Source of the DNA: an uncultured Nitrososphaerota archaeon
Lineage (GTDB): Archaea; Thermoproteota; Nitrososphaeria; Nitrososphaerales; Nitrosopumilaceae
Assembly: GCA_963701075.1 (NCBI GenBank)
Contig: OY969559.1
Coordinates: 1,630,691 to 1,662,690, forward strand
Direction of reading: 5' to 3'
DNA length: 32,000 nucleotides
Shown: positions 8,001 through 16,961 of the stretch, piece by piece
Layout of the letters: the number at the start of each line of letters is the position of its first letter
Numbering within the stretch: the first letter of the stretch is position 1
The notes under the pieces: generated by a model
Database searches by the model: none
What the model saw: the letters and a program-made list of their open reading frames with translations, nothing else
Told to the model about the DNA's origin: nothing
Made by a program: the position numbers and the translations under genes

Positions 8001-8663
8001 TTATTTTGCTATTTGATTATTAATTAGATATTCCAGAGCCCTCAAATTCTTCATTTGAGATCTCCCCATCTGCCAACCAGTTAGCATCATTGCGTAGCCA
8101 TGAAGGAATGTATGATATTGAATCCGATGTACTGTTTGTTTTTATGATTCCATAATCAATCAGATTCTTTATTCCATGAGAATAGTCTACATCTCTGATC
8201 TGGCCGTATGCCATAACTTTGAGGCATCTTTGAACCACAATGGGATTGTCTTTGATGGCACTACATCAGTTGATGATTGATTGGATGATTTTATTACTGA
8301 TTCGTAGGTCTCGCTTCTGGTGTAACCGTAGAGTTTTCCCCCAATAAATAATGCATAAAAGTCAAATGGATTGCCATCATCTTTTGGCACTGCCTTCCAA
8401 TAAGCCAAGAACTTGCCATCAGAATCAGTGGTAGTAATTGCCAAAATTATATCAGGTCGTGTATACGCCGTATCATCTTCGACGAATATGGCACGATTAG
8501 GAATTGGCGTTCCATCAGCATCAGTCAATACACCTGAGAATGTGGCGTTGTAACCTTCTCTCACGTCTCCGCCAACTAGATTTAGATGAAGTTTTGCGTA
8601 AGATACAGCATAGGCACTAGGCAATCCCAGCAATAGAATCGCAATTAGTAAGATTATTCGCAA
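8001..8663 (-). pseudogene. secreted protein with thaumarchaeal-type C-terminal W-rich repeats, frameshifted
   Basis: The signal peptide is MRIILLIAILLLGLPSAYA. ORFs 8187-8663 and 8020-8238 overlap in different frames. One motif unit is split across them: IPLWFKDASKLW | AYGQIRDVDYSHGIKNLIDYGII. The second unit, IPSWLRNDANWLADGEISNEEFEG.., appears to need another shift near 8031-8040 to read LEYLINNQIAK*. Confidence 0.6.
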
Positions 8664-8952
8664 TTTGAATTGTGGAAGATGTTTTATCTTATATTGTTGT
8701 CTTTGATAAATTCTCAGTCTTATTTTTACCCAAGTCTAAATTCCTGTTTAACTAGAGCAAATCCGATAAGACCAAGATTATGCTATTTTTGTGCAATTCC
8801 AGACCCACATTAGATGAGTGGTAAGGTATCTACCCAGATGAGTTTTACTGCACATTTTTTTATCAGTGTCTTCCATGATTGGTATCTTGAAAGTCTGGAA
8901 TTAGAAAATTAATCAAAAAAAGTTTTTTGTTGAAATCATTGGCACATGTATA

Positions 8953-9561
8953 TTGGTTATCGTTTCTGCTGGACCTGCAGTATTGAATGCAAAGTATGCG
9001 GGAATGTTTGGACCTTGGTTTCTTGCACTATGCCCGGCGGTCGGAGTTGGCTTGGCAATACGTGCATTTACCAAAATTTCAATGGCGCATTACAACCCTG
9101 CAGTAACAATTGGGTTTCTAATAACAAAACATATGCCACGAAACCTTCTTGGGTTATACCTTGCAGCAGAATGTATTGGTGCATTTTTGGGTATTCTTTT
9201 TGTCAAATATTTTATTGGCACACAGGCCAATATTGGTGCTAATGCGCCTAACTATGCATATCCCATACCGCTAATCTTTGTAGTAGAAGTTCTGGCTACT
9301 ATGTTCGTAATGGGAATTACTCTAATTGTTGTTCATGACAGAGGGCACCATGGACATGGATGGGCTGCGGTGGGTGCGGTCATCGGATTGGATATTTTCT
9401 TTTTTGGAACCGTATCAGGTGCATCCATGAATCCAATTAGATCGTTGGCATCGGCAGTAGCATCAGGTTACATAAACGACTTGTGGTTGTATCTGACTGC
9501 ACCGTTCATAGGTACTAGCATTATTGCATTGATATATCGAAAAAAGTTTAAAAAAAATTAG
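8953..9561 (+). CDS. aquaporin / MIP-family channel (annotated start truncates TM1)
   Basis: The first motif is HYNPAVTIGF and the second is SGASMNPIRSLA (NPI rather than NPA). The conserved TM1 motif FFVEIIGTCILV lies upstream of the TTG at 8953, in the same frame (open from 8905), but has no ATG/GTG/TTG start. An in-frame ATG at 8875 is separated from it by TAG at 8902-8904. Confidence 0.85.
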   Translation: MVIVSAGPAVLNAKYAGMFGPWFLALCPAVGVGLAIRAFTKISMAHYNPAVTIGFLITKHMPRNLLGLYLAAECIGAFLGILFVKYFIGTQANIGANAPNYAYPIPLIFVVEVLATMFVMGITLIVVHDRGHHGHGWAAVGAVIGLDIFFFGTVSGASMNPIRSLASAVASGYINDLWLYLTAPFIGTSIIALIYRKKFKKN

Positions 9562-9649
9562 TCTGGAATTTTTTCCAATGCAGTTAGGTGTTTGTAACAA
9601 GTATGACGGCTAGATGCGAGTCTGGTAAGACCCAAATCAACTGTGTGTC

Positions 9650-10972
9650 CTAATACGTATCAAGGTACTTTGTTATCTCCCATGGAGTAACTTCGATCTT
9701 AAACTCTTCCCACTCTTTTGTTTTAATTGCAAGATATTTTTCAAGCAAGCTGTTGCCAAGAGTTTCTATGACAAGTTTGTCGTTTTTCATCTCCGACAAT
9801 GCATCAAGTAGTGATGATGGCAGAACATTTACATGCCTTTTTTTAAGATCTTCGCTGTCAAAGTGATATACGTTTTCTTCTACAGCCTCTGGTGGAACAA
9901 GATTTCTCCTTATGCCATCAAGTCCTGCCTTGAGCATGACTGCAAAGGCAAGATACGGATTGCATGTAGGATCAGGACACCGCAATTCAACCCTTGCAGA
10001 CTTGTTTTGCCCAAACCATTTTGGAATTCTAATTAGCGAAGACCGGTTCATGCTTGCCCATGTGATATAAACAGGAGCCTCAAAGCCTGAGACCAGCCTC
10101 TTGTAAGAGTTTACAGTAGGACAAAGAATTGCACAGATTGCCCGTATGTGTTCCATCTGTCCTGCAATGAAGTTATAAGCTGTCTTTGAAAGATTGTACT
10201 TGTCGTTTTCGTCATAAAACAAGTTACTTTGAGACTTGTCAAAAAGGCTTTGATGTACATGCAACCCAGAACCTGCAAGTCCCATCATGGGCTTTGCCAT
10301 AAACGTTGCATGCAGCCCGTGTTTTTGGGCAATTTTTTTTACTGTATACTTTAGTGTAAGCAACCGGTCAGCTGTCTCGATTGCATGTGCATAGTTAAAG
10401 CCCACTTCATATTGGCCTGGCCCTACCTCGTGGTGCGAGGCTTCAGTATTAATGGAAAATGCACCAAGCGAGTTCATTATCTCTTTTAAGACAGAGTATG
10501 TCTCCGATGACGACAAGTCAAAATAGCCTCCCCCGTCTACAGGCAAAGTTTTAGATGCGTCATTTTTCTTAAATAGATAAAACTCTGGCTCAGGGCCAGT
10601 GTTGTACTCGTAGCCTAGTTTTGATGCCTCTAATACTGCCTTTTTTAAAATGAATCTTGGATCTCCTTCAAAAGAGGTTCCGTCCGATTTGTAAAGATCG
10701 CAGATGAACCTGGCAGTCTTGCCATTTTCAGAATCCCATGGAACTACACAATAAGTTGTCAGGTCAGGTTTTAGGAAGAGATCACTTTCTTGGATTCTTG
10801 CAAACCCCTCAATTGAAGAGCCGTCAAACCAGACTCCTCGTGTCAGGGCGCCTTCCAGTTCCCTTGTCGGTATTATCACTTCTTTGACAACGCCTAACAG
10901 ATCGCTGAATTGCAAGCTTACAAACCTGATTTCGTCAATTTTTGCCTGCTTTAGGATCTCTTCAATTTCCAC
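9650..10972 (-). CDS. glnA: glutamine synthetase, type I
   Basis: 440 aa. The N-terminal beta-grasp is IRFVSLQFSDLLGVVKEV...FDGSSIEGF. The catalytic domain includes NTGPEPEFYLF, HHEVGPGQYEV, MAKPMMGLAGSGLHVHQSL, NSYKRLV and RVELRCPDPTCNPYLA. Confidence 0.95.
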   Translation of the reverse strand: MEIEEILKQAKIDEIRFVSLQFSDLLGVVKEVIIPTRELEGALTRGVWFDGSSIEGFARIQESDLFLKPDLTTYCVVPWDSENGKTARFICDLYKSDGTSFEGDPRFILKKAVLEASKLGYEYNTGPEPEFYLFKKNDASKTLPVDGGGYFDLSSSETYSVLKEIMNSLGAFSINTEASHHEVGPGQYEVGFNYAHAIETADRLLTLKYTVKKIAQKHGLHATFMAKPMMGLAGSGLHVHQSLFDKSQSNLFYDENDKYNLSKTAYNFIAGQMEHIRAICAILCPTVNSYKRLVSGFEAPVYITWASMNRSSLIRIPKWFGQNKSARVELRCPDPTCNPYLAFAVMLKAGLDGIRRNLVPPEAVEENVYHFDSEDLKKRHVNVLPSSLLDALSEMKNDKLVIETLGNSLLEKYLAIKTKEWEEFKIEVTPWEITKYLDTY

Positions 10973-11099
10973 ATCTTTTCTTTGCGGGTAATGCTTAAAG
11001 TATTTTCCATATCATACTAGAGATATCATTTCTACTAGACTAGTTTAGCACCATCTTTCTTATTAGAGAGGATGACATAATGATATACAATGAAGTAAC

Positions 11100-11519
11100 A
11101 TGTCCCAAACCATAGACCCCAAGTCTATTGAAAGTAGCCTTTCAGTGGATGGAGTGGAGTTTGTGGGTTTTATCAGCAAGCTGGGACGTGTCATAGATTA
11201 TTCGTGTAAAAACGAGATCAACCTCACACAAGAGCAAAAAGAGACGCTGTTCATGACAACTTCGCTGAATCTGTCAATGCAAAGAGATTATGATGATGAT
11301 TTGGGGGCTGTTCAGTATATTGTTTCAGAGAGGAAGAATTCAAAGATTGTTTCAATACCTGCCCCTTTTGGGTCTATCATTTTGGTCATGAAAAAGAAGA
11401 CAAGGCCTTCCTTACTTGTAAAAAAGCTTTTGAAGGCAATTGACCATGCAAGGGGACTAGACGATAAGTTGCCAGGACTTAATTCAACGGTTATCGAAGA
11501 GGTAAAAGCATGTCTTTGA
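11100..11519 (+). CDS. hypothetical protein, roadblock/LC7-like by pattern
   Basis: 139 aa. VDGVEFVGFISKLGRVIDY ... LGAVQYIVSERKNSKIVSIPAPFGSIILVMKK follows the alpha-beta-beta ... beta-beta layout of roadblock/MglB domains. This is inference only. It overlaps the next gene by 10 nt. Confidence 0.45.
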   Translation: MSQTIDPKSIESSLSVDGVEFVGFISKLGRVIDYSCKNEINLTQEQKETLFMTTSLNLSMQRDYDDDLGAVQYIVSERKNSKIVSIPAPFGSIILVMKKKTRPSLLVKKLLKAIDHARGLDDKLPGLNSTVIEEVKACL

Positions 11520-11821
11520 GCATTTTGGAGCTTAGATATTTGATTCGAGATGCCATGGTTAACAGACAACTAGTGGAATTTAGATATGATAACCAGTACG
11601 TGCTTGGAGAGCCGCATGTCTATGGGATAAAGATTAACAAAGTGCACCTTTTGGTCTACCAGATAGACGGCCAAAACAACGCAAGGCTGCCAAGTTGGCG
11701 AGACATACAGGTTGAAAAAATTTCCAACCTTCGCTTACTTTGCTATCATTTTCAAGGCAAAAGGACAAGCGGGATAAACATTCAAAGAGACTTTGACAAA
11801 ATTTTGGAAATGGTATCATAA
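11510..11821 (+). CDS. small WYL-like domain protein
   Basis: 103 aa. RQLVEFRYDNQYVLGEPHVYGIKINKVHLLVYQIDG...LPSWRDIQVEKISNLRLL..HFQ fits the WYL pattern (v.f.Y....R.veP..l......yL.ay......wR.f.ldrI......e.F). Confidence 0.45.
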   Translation: MSLSILELRYLIRDAMVNRQLVEFRYDNQYVLGEPHVYGIKINKVHLLVYQIDGQNNARLPSWRDIQVEKISNLRLLCYHFQGKRTSGINIQRDFDKILEMVS

Positions 11822-12032
11822 CTAGAGTCTTTGAAATTAATTCAAAATAAAAAGAAAGGATTTTTCTTTATGTTTTTATGTTGCCAGAATTTCCGCCGTC
11901 TGGAGTGTTATAGTTACACCATTGGTTTGCAGATGTGGAAGACTAGAGCTGTTTGTATGCCAGAAACACTATCAGCGCGATAGCTGAAGTTTATCGCTGG
12001 CCGAGGCCTCCGATTCCTGCCATTGGCCCACC

Positions 12033-12416
12033 TTAGGGTCCACTATACGGTGTCACGATGTTGATTCCTTGGTCTGCTGTAACCCTTACTTGCAGATCAC
12101 TTCCACTTGGGGGAGAGAGCATGATTGTCTCGCCGGGATCAATTACCGGTACGAGGTCAGGTTTTGTGTTGTTTCCATAATCGACCCTTACATTAGTCAC
12201 AGGTTGGCGTCCAATGTTTTTTATCATAATATGAGTATAGGTCCCAAATTGTCCCGTAGAAACCATTGGATTGACTGACAATGCATACTCTTGTGTAGGA
12301 GTCAAGACCAAAAAGTAGAGTACACCTAACGCCGCAATTGCGCCTGATATGGTTACCATAATCAACATTTTATTCATTGTAACCCTTTTTCTTTTTTGAT
12401 ATTTATGCATGATCAA
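12033..12416 (-). CDS. membrane-anchored hypothetical protein
   Basis: The likely start is the internal MNKMLIMVTISGAIAALGVLYFLVL (single N-terminal TM), followed by a beta-rich about 85-aa domain. No family recognised. Confidence 0.5.
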   Translation of the reverse strand: MIMHKYQKRKRVTMNKMLIMVTISGAIAALGVLYFLVLTPTQEYALSVNPMVSTGQFGTYTHIMIKNIGRQPVTNVRVDYGNNTKPDLVPVIDPGETIMLSPPSGSDLQVRVTADQGINIVTPYSGP

Positions 12417-12450
12417 ACCTTAACGATATCACGATGTAAGAGACTTGATT

Positions 12451-12816
12451 TTAGTTTTGATTTTTCTTTATGGCATCATTTATCATTTTTGCTGCCATTT
12501 CGTTGTCGTCGACCTCAAAGACTATCTTTTTGTAAAACTCGTGGTTCAAAGATACTGTTATGCATCGGTCTTTATGATGCATCTCAAAGAATACAAGACC
12601 GTCTCCTGTCATGTACGTTCCATCTTTTATGATTCCAGGGATTCCAGTGCCTGCAACCTTCATTTGTTCAAAGACTCCCCACGGTACCTTTTCAGCTGAG
12701 GCAGACACGACATGGCTTAGCGGTATAGTTATTGTTCTTCGCATTGTTAAAATCACATCTACGCCGTGAATTTCAAAAACCAGGTTGTCACCTTCAATTC
12801 TTACTTTTCCAGACAT
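12451..12816 (-). CDS. hypothetical protein, bacterial PH-like domain by pattern
   Basis: 121 aa. LVFEIHGVDVILTMRRTITIPLSHVVSA...WGVFEQMKVAGTGIPGIIKDGTY...GLVFFEMHHKDRCITVSL resembles the small PH-like (bPH) family layout. Unverified. Confidence 0.45.
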   Translation of the reverse strand: MSGKVRIEGDNLVFEIHGVDVILTMRRTITIPLSHVVSASAEKVPWGVFEQMKVAGTGIPGIIKDGTYMTGDGLVFFEMHHKDRCITVSLNHEFYKKIVFEVDDNEMAAKMINDAIKKNQN

Positions 12817-13415
12817 TTGCTTGGTTTTATGATACTGTTTGCCTTGATTTTAATCTGCTGGATCTTTTGTCTTTTACTGGATACTGCAAGAAGTACATAA
12901 TGAAAGAGCATAGTTTCATTTCTTTTCATGTACTGTACATTTCATGATTTTAAAAAAACTATTCACTTGATTTTTTTGGTAAAATTTCAAGTCGTGTAAA
13001 ACTTTTTTACAAAAGATTTTATTTTTCAAAAATCATTTTTGGCGTGATTTTTCTCTAAAAAAACTTGTTTTTTGCAATCAAGTGTGTCAAACATATTTTG
13101 ACAACTTGTACACTAGATATTGAGCAGAACCTATATCAAGCTCAAATTTGACGGTTATAGTAGTTTTCATTTAAATATTTAAGTGAATTCGTCGTTTTAT
13201 GACCGTTTTACGGCCAGTTTCGTGCCTAAATCTGGCCGGAATTTTTGGGTTGAAATTTCTTTCACGACACCTTTACACCATTACATATGCATAACTTGTC
13301 CATAAGTATGTCGACAGAAAAATTTGGAGAAAAATTGTAATGTGGGAGAATTTTTGTTGTTCTGCTCTCATGTTTCAATACATATAAACAAGTTTACATC
13401 AAAATCTGTTGAAAA

Positions 13416-13847
13416 ATGTCCAACTACGGAATCCGGCACGATCCTAAAGTGCTCACGGTTGTAATTCTATCAATGTTGATGCCATCAGACCTTGGTAAAA
13501 AAATTCTAAAAGAATCTAATCTTGGAATTAGTGAAAAAACGCTTCAAAGAATCAAAAATGATATAAAAAATATAGGCGTTGCGCACATCATAGCGGAGGT
13601 ACACAAACTGTATTTGTTGACTACAGTAGATTCGTTAGTTGATGCAATAAAATTAAAAAATATCATGTTTGACATCATAAACAGCCCTAGTGCAGATAGT
13701 TTGGAAAAAATCAAGGCAGCACAAGTAGTAGTCAGTATCTTAAAAGGAATTCCCGGACTTTACGATCCTGAAATTGCCGAGTCAATACCATCGAAAGACA
13801 GCGCAGACAATTCGAGGTCTGAGGTAAGCCAGGCAGACAAGGAGTGA
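13416..13847 (+). CDS. hypothetical HTH protein, candidate small terminase / DNA-recognition subunit
   Basis: 143 aa with the HTH-like segment NLGISEKTLQRIKNDI. It sits directly upstream of the large-terminase remnant. The small-terminase assignment comes from position only. Confidence 0.4.
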   Translation: MSNYGIRHDPKVLTVVILSMLMPSDLGKKILKESNLGISEKTLQRIKNDIKNIGVAHIIAEVHKLYLLTTVDSLVDAIKLKNIMFDIINSPSADSLEKIKAAQVVVSILKGIPGLYDPEIAESIPSKDSADNSRSEVSQADKE

Positions 13848-13942
13848 AATAACAAGCTGGACATCAATCAGACAGACAAGGAGAGTCCCGAGGGCGGTCA
13901 AGATCCCAGCCATTGGACATCAGATAAAGGTGCAGGGATATT

Positions 13943-14645
13943 TTGAGGCAAACTCGTAAAGCCCTGAAAAAATATCATGACCAAAATAAACATGGAAAAA
14001 AGAAAGTCATTCCAGAGCCCATTCCTAAAAACATTCTTGAGTTTGTCAAAAATTACAGAATCATAAAAGGACAACCGTACTCGCTCAAAGGACGGGAATT
14101 TCTCATTCAGATATATTTGGATATAGTACAACAGATCAATATAGTTAAGGCAAGGCAGATGGGTCTTACCGAGTTTGCTATGAACTGGCTCTTGTTTCAT
14201 CTTTTGACGTATCAAGGCACATGTGGCTTGTATGTAGCAGATAGGGAATCCCATGTCTTAGCGTTTGCGGACCGCCTCCGTGAAGCTGATACTCAGTTCA
14301 GAGAAGCTAAAGCCGTGGATAGTTAGAATAACAAACGAGAGCGTCAAATTTGCAAATGGTTCAATTCTATACATGATTACGGGTTGGGGCAAGTTTGAAA
14401 AAGCTCGCTCATATCCGGTTGACTTTGCTGTAGTGGATGAGGTCCAGTCACTTGACCTTGAGGGACTGCCTGTGTTAAAGGAAACACTGTCAGCCTCATC
14501 CCACAAGAGACTCGTTGTGATTGGCACAGGCTCTGATCAAGGCGATCTCTGGTGGGATGAGTGGCACCGTGGAACTCAACTTAACTGGGTACCGGCTCAC
14601 GACAACACACCAAGATCTCAGGTATATGCGGCGGGCATAGGCTGA
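13943..14645 (+). pseudogene. large terminase (GpA-like) ATPase domain remnant, frameshifted and 3'-truncated
   Basis: ORF 13943-14326 contains IIKGQPYSLKGREFLIQIYLD...NIVKARQMGLTEFAMNWLLFHL...LYVADRESHVLAFADRL, a GpA-type Walker A region (k.aQ.G.TE..lNw). ORF 14265-14645, in another frame, contains VKFANGS...DFAVVDEVQSL (Walker B). About 235 codons remain in total. The nuclease half is absent. Confidence 0.65.
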
Positions 14646-14791
14646 TTGCGTAAAAAACAGCTGAAAATTAGTGAATTGGTTTTATCCAATCACTATTCCT
14701 ACTATTTGATAACCAAAATTATGTAGATCATCTTTTTTGAAAAAAGACTGGATTTGCGCATTTTCTTGATTTTGCTTGCAAGTGGATATAA

Positions 14792-15094
14792 TCACTCCAT
14801 CTTGGACTCGTCTGCAACAAAATGCTTCATGAGCGATATGATATACGACGAGGTGCGGATGTTCTCGTGGGCATAGCTTGTATGGATGAACCGCATTTTT
14901 TCATGCATTGAGAGTGCCTTGGTCCATATCTGCCTTGCAGTGGAGCGGTCAATTGTCCACAGTGTGTCGTCTGACGTGGTTACAATTATTCTTCCCCCAG
15001 AGTATTTTGCAAAAAATGGCTTGGTCTGGGTTGCAAACTGTTTTTGTGTGGCAAGGTTTGTTGTCATTGTACCCCAATACTCGTCGAATTTCAT
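14792..15094 (-). CDS. hypothetical protein
   Basis: 100-aa ORF with no motif recognised. It lies between the terminase remnant and the AT-rich module. Confidence 0.4.
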   Translation of the reverse strand: MKFDEYWGTMTTNLATQKQFATQTKPFFAKYSGGRIIVTTSDDTLWTIDRSTARQIWTKALSMHEKMRFIHTSYAHENIRTSSYIISLMKHFVADESKME

Positions 15095-15444
15095 GGTACG
15101 ATTATAGTATTTACTTTGATTTAACTAGTTTTGATGGTTTTTTCTGCATGGTGTTGTTTTTGGGGTATTGGTGCCAGGATGAAGGTTGTTTTTGGATATA
15201 TTGTGTTTGAACTCTAGTGGAAGATTTGTTGGGTGTTTTCGCCAGGACGACGGTGACACATCTCGCTTTCCGCGCCGTAAAATAATCAGGTAAGTAGGGT
15301 GAAAACCTGAAAAACCTTTTCCCAATTTTTTACTTTAATTAAAACAGATTTTGTTTAGGGATCAGAGATCCTATTTGTTAAAATGCATTATTCTTATCAG
15401 TTCTGTATTTGATTGAAGTTCAAATCGGAAGGTCTGGGTGCTGA

Positions 15445-15454
15445 TATAGGTTCA
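15445..15454. repeat. left copy of direct repeat TATAGGTTCA bracketing the AT-rich HNH/HTH module
   Basis: An identical 10-mer occurs at 17852-17861. The extended hand alignment gNTATAGGTTCAnnTTTTGnA matches at 18 of 22 positions. Confidence 0.45.
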
Positions 15455-15483
15455 CTTTTTGGATTCATGTTTTAAATAGATAA

Positions 15484-16017
15484 TTACAGGTTACTGGCAT
15501 CCTGACCCATCTGTCTTCTTCGTGTGACAATACCGTGACATGAAGGGCATAATGCTCTACAATTAGATTCGTCATTATTCGATCTATCACTGTCTTTATG
15601 ATCCCAATCCAAAATCGTAAGTAATCTACCACATATGGCGCACTTATGATCCTGTCTACGAATGGTTTTGATTTTTGTTTCCTCTGAGAAATCCAATCGC
15701 GGTATGTTTGTACGATCTTTTCTGATCTTTTTCTTTTTGTTTATTTTCAGGGGTTTGTATAGTTGAAGTAAATCATCTATCTCATTAACCAGTTCTTTAG
15801 TAAATTCTTTTTTTGTAACATTATTTATTTTAAAGAAGTTTGTTTTTACACTATTAATAATAGAAAAAAGATTATGTTGGGATTTTCTTTTAATTATTTT
15901 TTCAGCTGTTTTTTCAGAAAGATTTAAAGAAAAATCATCTGCTTCCCTCCATCCATTTTTGTATAACACATCCCATATTCGCGATTGAATTGATGATTTT
16001 AGATCAGCAAATGTCAA
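15484..16017 (-). CDS. HNH endonuclease with an uncharacterised about 110-aa N-terminal domain
   Basis: The C-terminal His-Me finger is HKCAICGRLLTILDWDHKDSDRSNNDESNCRALCPSCH. The TTG start overlaps the upstream TGA stop (TTGA at 16017-16014). Confidence 0.8.
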   Translation of the reverse strand: MTFADLKSSIQSRIWDVLYKNGWREADDFSLNLSEKTAEKIIKRKSQHNLFSIINSVKTNFFKINNVTKKEFTKELVNEIDDLLQLYKPLKINKKKKIRKDRTNIPRLDFSEETKIKTIRRQDHKCAICGRLLTILDWDHKDSDRSNNDESNCRALCPSCHGIVTRRRQMGQDASNL

Positions 16018-16391
16018 ACAGATTTTATTCCAAATTTTTTTGTTAGTTCTTTTTCTATATTTAATATCTTTACTTTTGTAGTTTTGTCATAGATTTTACC
16101 CTGTCTAGTAGTTTTTTTAACATAAATTAGATCCTCTGCAAGCAGTTCCCCTATTCTTGTAGATACATGTGGTTGTCTCATAGGCTTTAGTTTTTTAACT
16201 AACTCATTTACAGTTCTTTCCCCATCAACCGCCAAAAAGACTTTTACCCTATCCTTTGATTTACCGAAAAAAATCATCAAATCAGTTACTATTTCTTTTC
16301 TGTTTGCACGAAGTAGCAGATCAACGGATTTGTCTAGACCATCCACTTTATACCGTATTTCTCTAACATCTCGTTCTAAATGTTCTGTCAT
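16014..16391 (-). CDS. winged-helix DNA-binding protein
   Basis: 125 aa. RVKVFLAVDGERTVNELVKKL..PHVSTRIGELLAEDLIYVKKTTRQGKIY has a wHTH pattern (MarR/ArsR-like). Its N-terminal helix LDKSVDLLLRAN resembles the leader helix of the neighbouring mini-HTH paralogs. Confidence 0.6.
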   Translation of the reverse strand: MTEHLERDVREIRYKVDGLDKSVDLLLRANRKEIVTDLMIFFGKSKDRVKVFLAVDGERTVNELVKKLKPMRQPHVSTRIGELLAEDLIYVKKTTRQGKIYDKTTKVKILNIEKELTKKFGIKSV

Positions 16392-16394
16392 ATT

Positions 16395-16562
16395 TTATTC
16401 CTTAGATTTTGATTGTTTGATGTTTTTCGGAATGAATTCGTATAATGTTTTAGTACTCATTCCAGTAGCTTTCACTATATTTTCTATTGGTATTCCTTGT
16501 TTGACTAGTTGTATTATAAGTAATTTTTTGATAATGTTTAATTCTTTTTGTATATCATCCAT
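16395..16562 (-). CDS. mini-HTH protein, paralog 4 (55 aa, below the ORF-track cutoff)
   Basis: My translation is MDDIQKELNIIKKLLIIQLVKQGIPIENIVKATGMSTKTLYEFIPKNIKQSKSKE. The ATG lies 1 nt after the upstream stop, and its own stop lies 3 nt before the next ATG. Track ORF 16330-16614(+) is the antisense shadow. Confidence 0.5.
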   Translation of the reverse strand: MDDIQKELNIIKKLLIIQLVKQGIPIENIVKATGMSTKTLYEFIPKNIKQSKSKE

Positions 16563-16563
16563 T

Positions 16564-16764
16564 CTAATTCATCTTTCTCACTATTGCATGTACCTTATCT
16601 CTGTCAGTTTTTAGAAAATCCTTTATTTCAGATTCTTTCATACCTATTTTATACAATGTAATTACCTGATTTTTGAAATCGAGATCTTTTATTATATTTA
16701 CAAGTAGAGCTTTTGTTAAAAAGTCAAGTTTATTGGTTAAAATGGAAAACTGATCATCATTCAT
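16564..16764 (-). CDS. mini-HTH protein, paralog 3
   Basis: 66 aa with leader helix KLDFLTKALLVNII, then NQVITLYKIGMKESEIKDFLKTDRDKVHAIV (HTH). It has an ATGA overlap with paralog 2. Confidence 0.55.
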   Translation of the reverse strand: MNDDQFSILTNKLDFLTKALLVNIIKDLDFKNQVITLYKIGMKESEIKDFLKTDRDKVHAIVRKMN

Positions 16765-16961
16765 TTTTTATTCCTCAATTGTGAGAGGGTAGAATTTACA
16801 GTGTTTTGTGTCTTGTCCAAAATTTTTGCTATGTCTTTATTACTTATCCCCAACTTATGTAACAATAAAATTTGTTCGCCTGCATCTTTATCTTTTATCA
16901 ACCCAAATGCGAGGAGTTTGATTATAGTATCCAACTTTTGTAGAGTTTCTTTTTCATTCAT
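16761..16961 (-). CDS. mini-HTH protein, paralog 2
   Basis: 66 aa with KLDTIIKLLAFGLIKDK, then EQILLLHKLGISNKDIAKILDKTQNTVNSTLSQL (LuxR/sigma-70 region 4-like HTH). It overlaps paralog 1 by 8 nt. Confidence 0.6.
   Translation of the reverse strand: MNEKETLQKLDTIIKLLAFGLIKDKDAGEQILLLHKLGISNKDIAKILDKTQNTVNSTLSQLRNKK

Noticed and set aside
8946-9242. 98-aa ORF in an alternative plus frame overlapping the aquaporin
   Set aside because: The neighbouring frame carries the NPA motifs and TM pattern. This frame is Cys/Trp-rich nonsense.
13086-13104. Palindrome TGTCAAA-catat-TTTGACA, with related TGTGTCAAA at about 719-727 and TTGACAA strings in other intergenic regions (3225, 4163, 1783)
   Set aside because: This is real in the sequence, but the units are short, AT-rich and variably positioned. 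I could not show enrichment beyond composition by hand, so it is not promoted to a finding.
14886-15325. ORFs 14886-15107(+), 14908-15210(+) and 15125-15325(-), and a locally GC-richer patch around 15238-15280
   Set aside because: The ORFs overlap each other and the 14792-15094 gene and have no motifs. I tested the GC patch by eye for tRNA-like arms and stable hairpins and found none. It is left as unexplained non-coding sequence.
15421-15440. GTTCAAATC string resembling a tRNA T-loop
   Set aside because: The flanking bases (TGAAG / CGGAA) cannot pair as a T-stem. No acceptor or anticodon arms can be built, so it is not a tRNA or an obvious tRNA fragment.
16330-16614. 94-aa plus-strand ORF
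   Set aside because: It is hydrophobic low-complexity antisense sequence. The minus strand encodes a 55-aa HTH paralog (16395-16562) that fits perfectly into the operon spacing.
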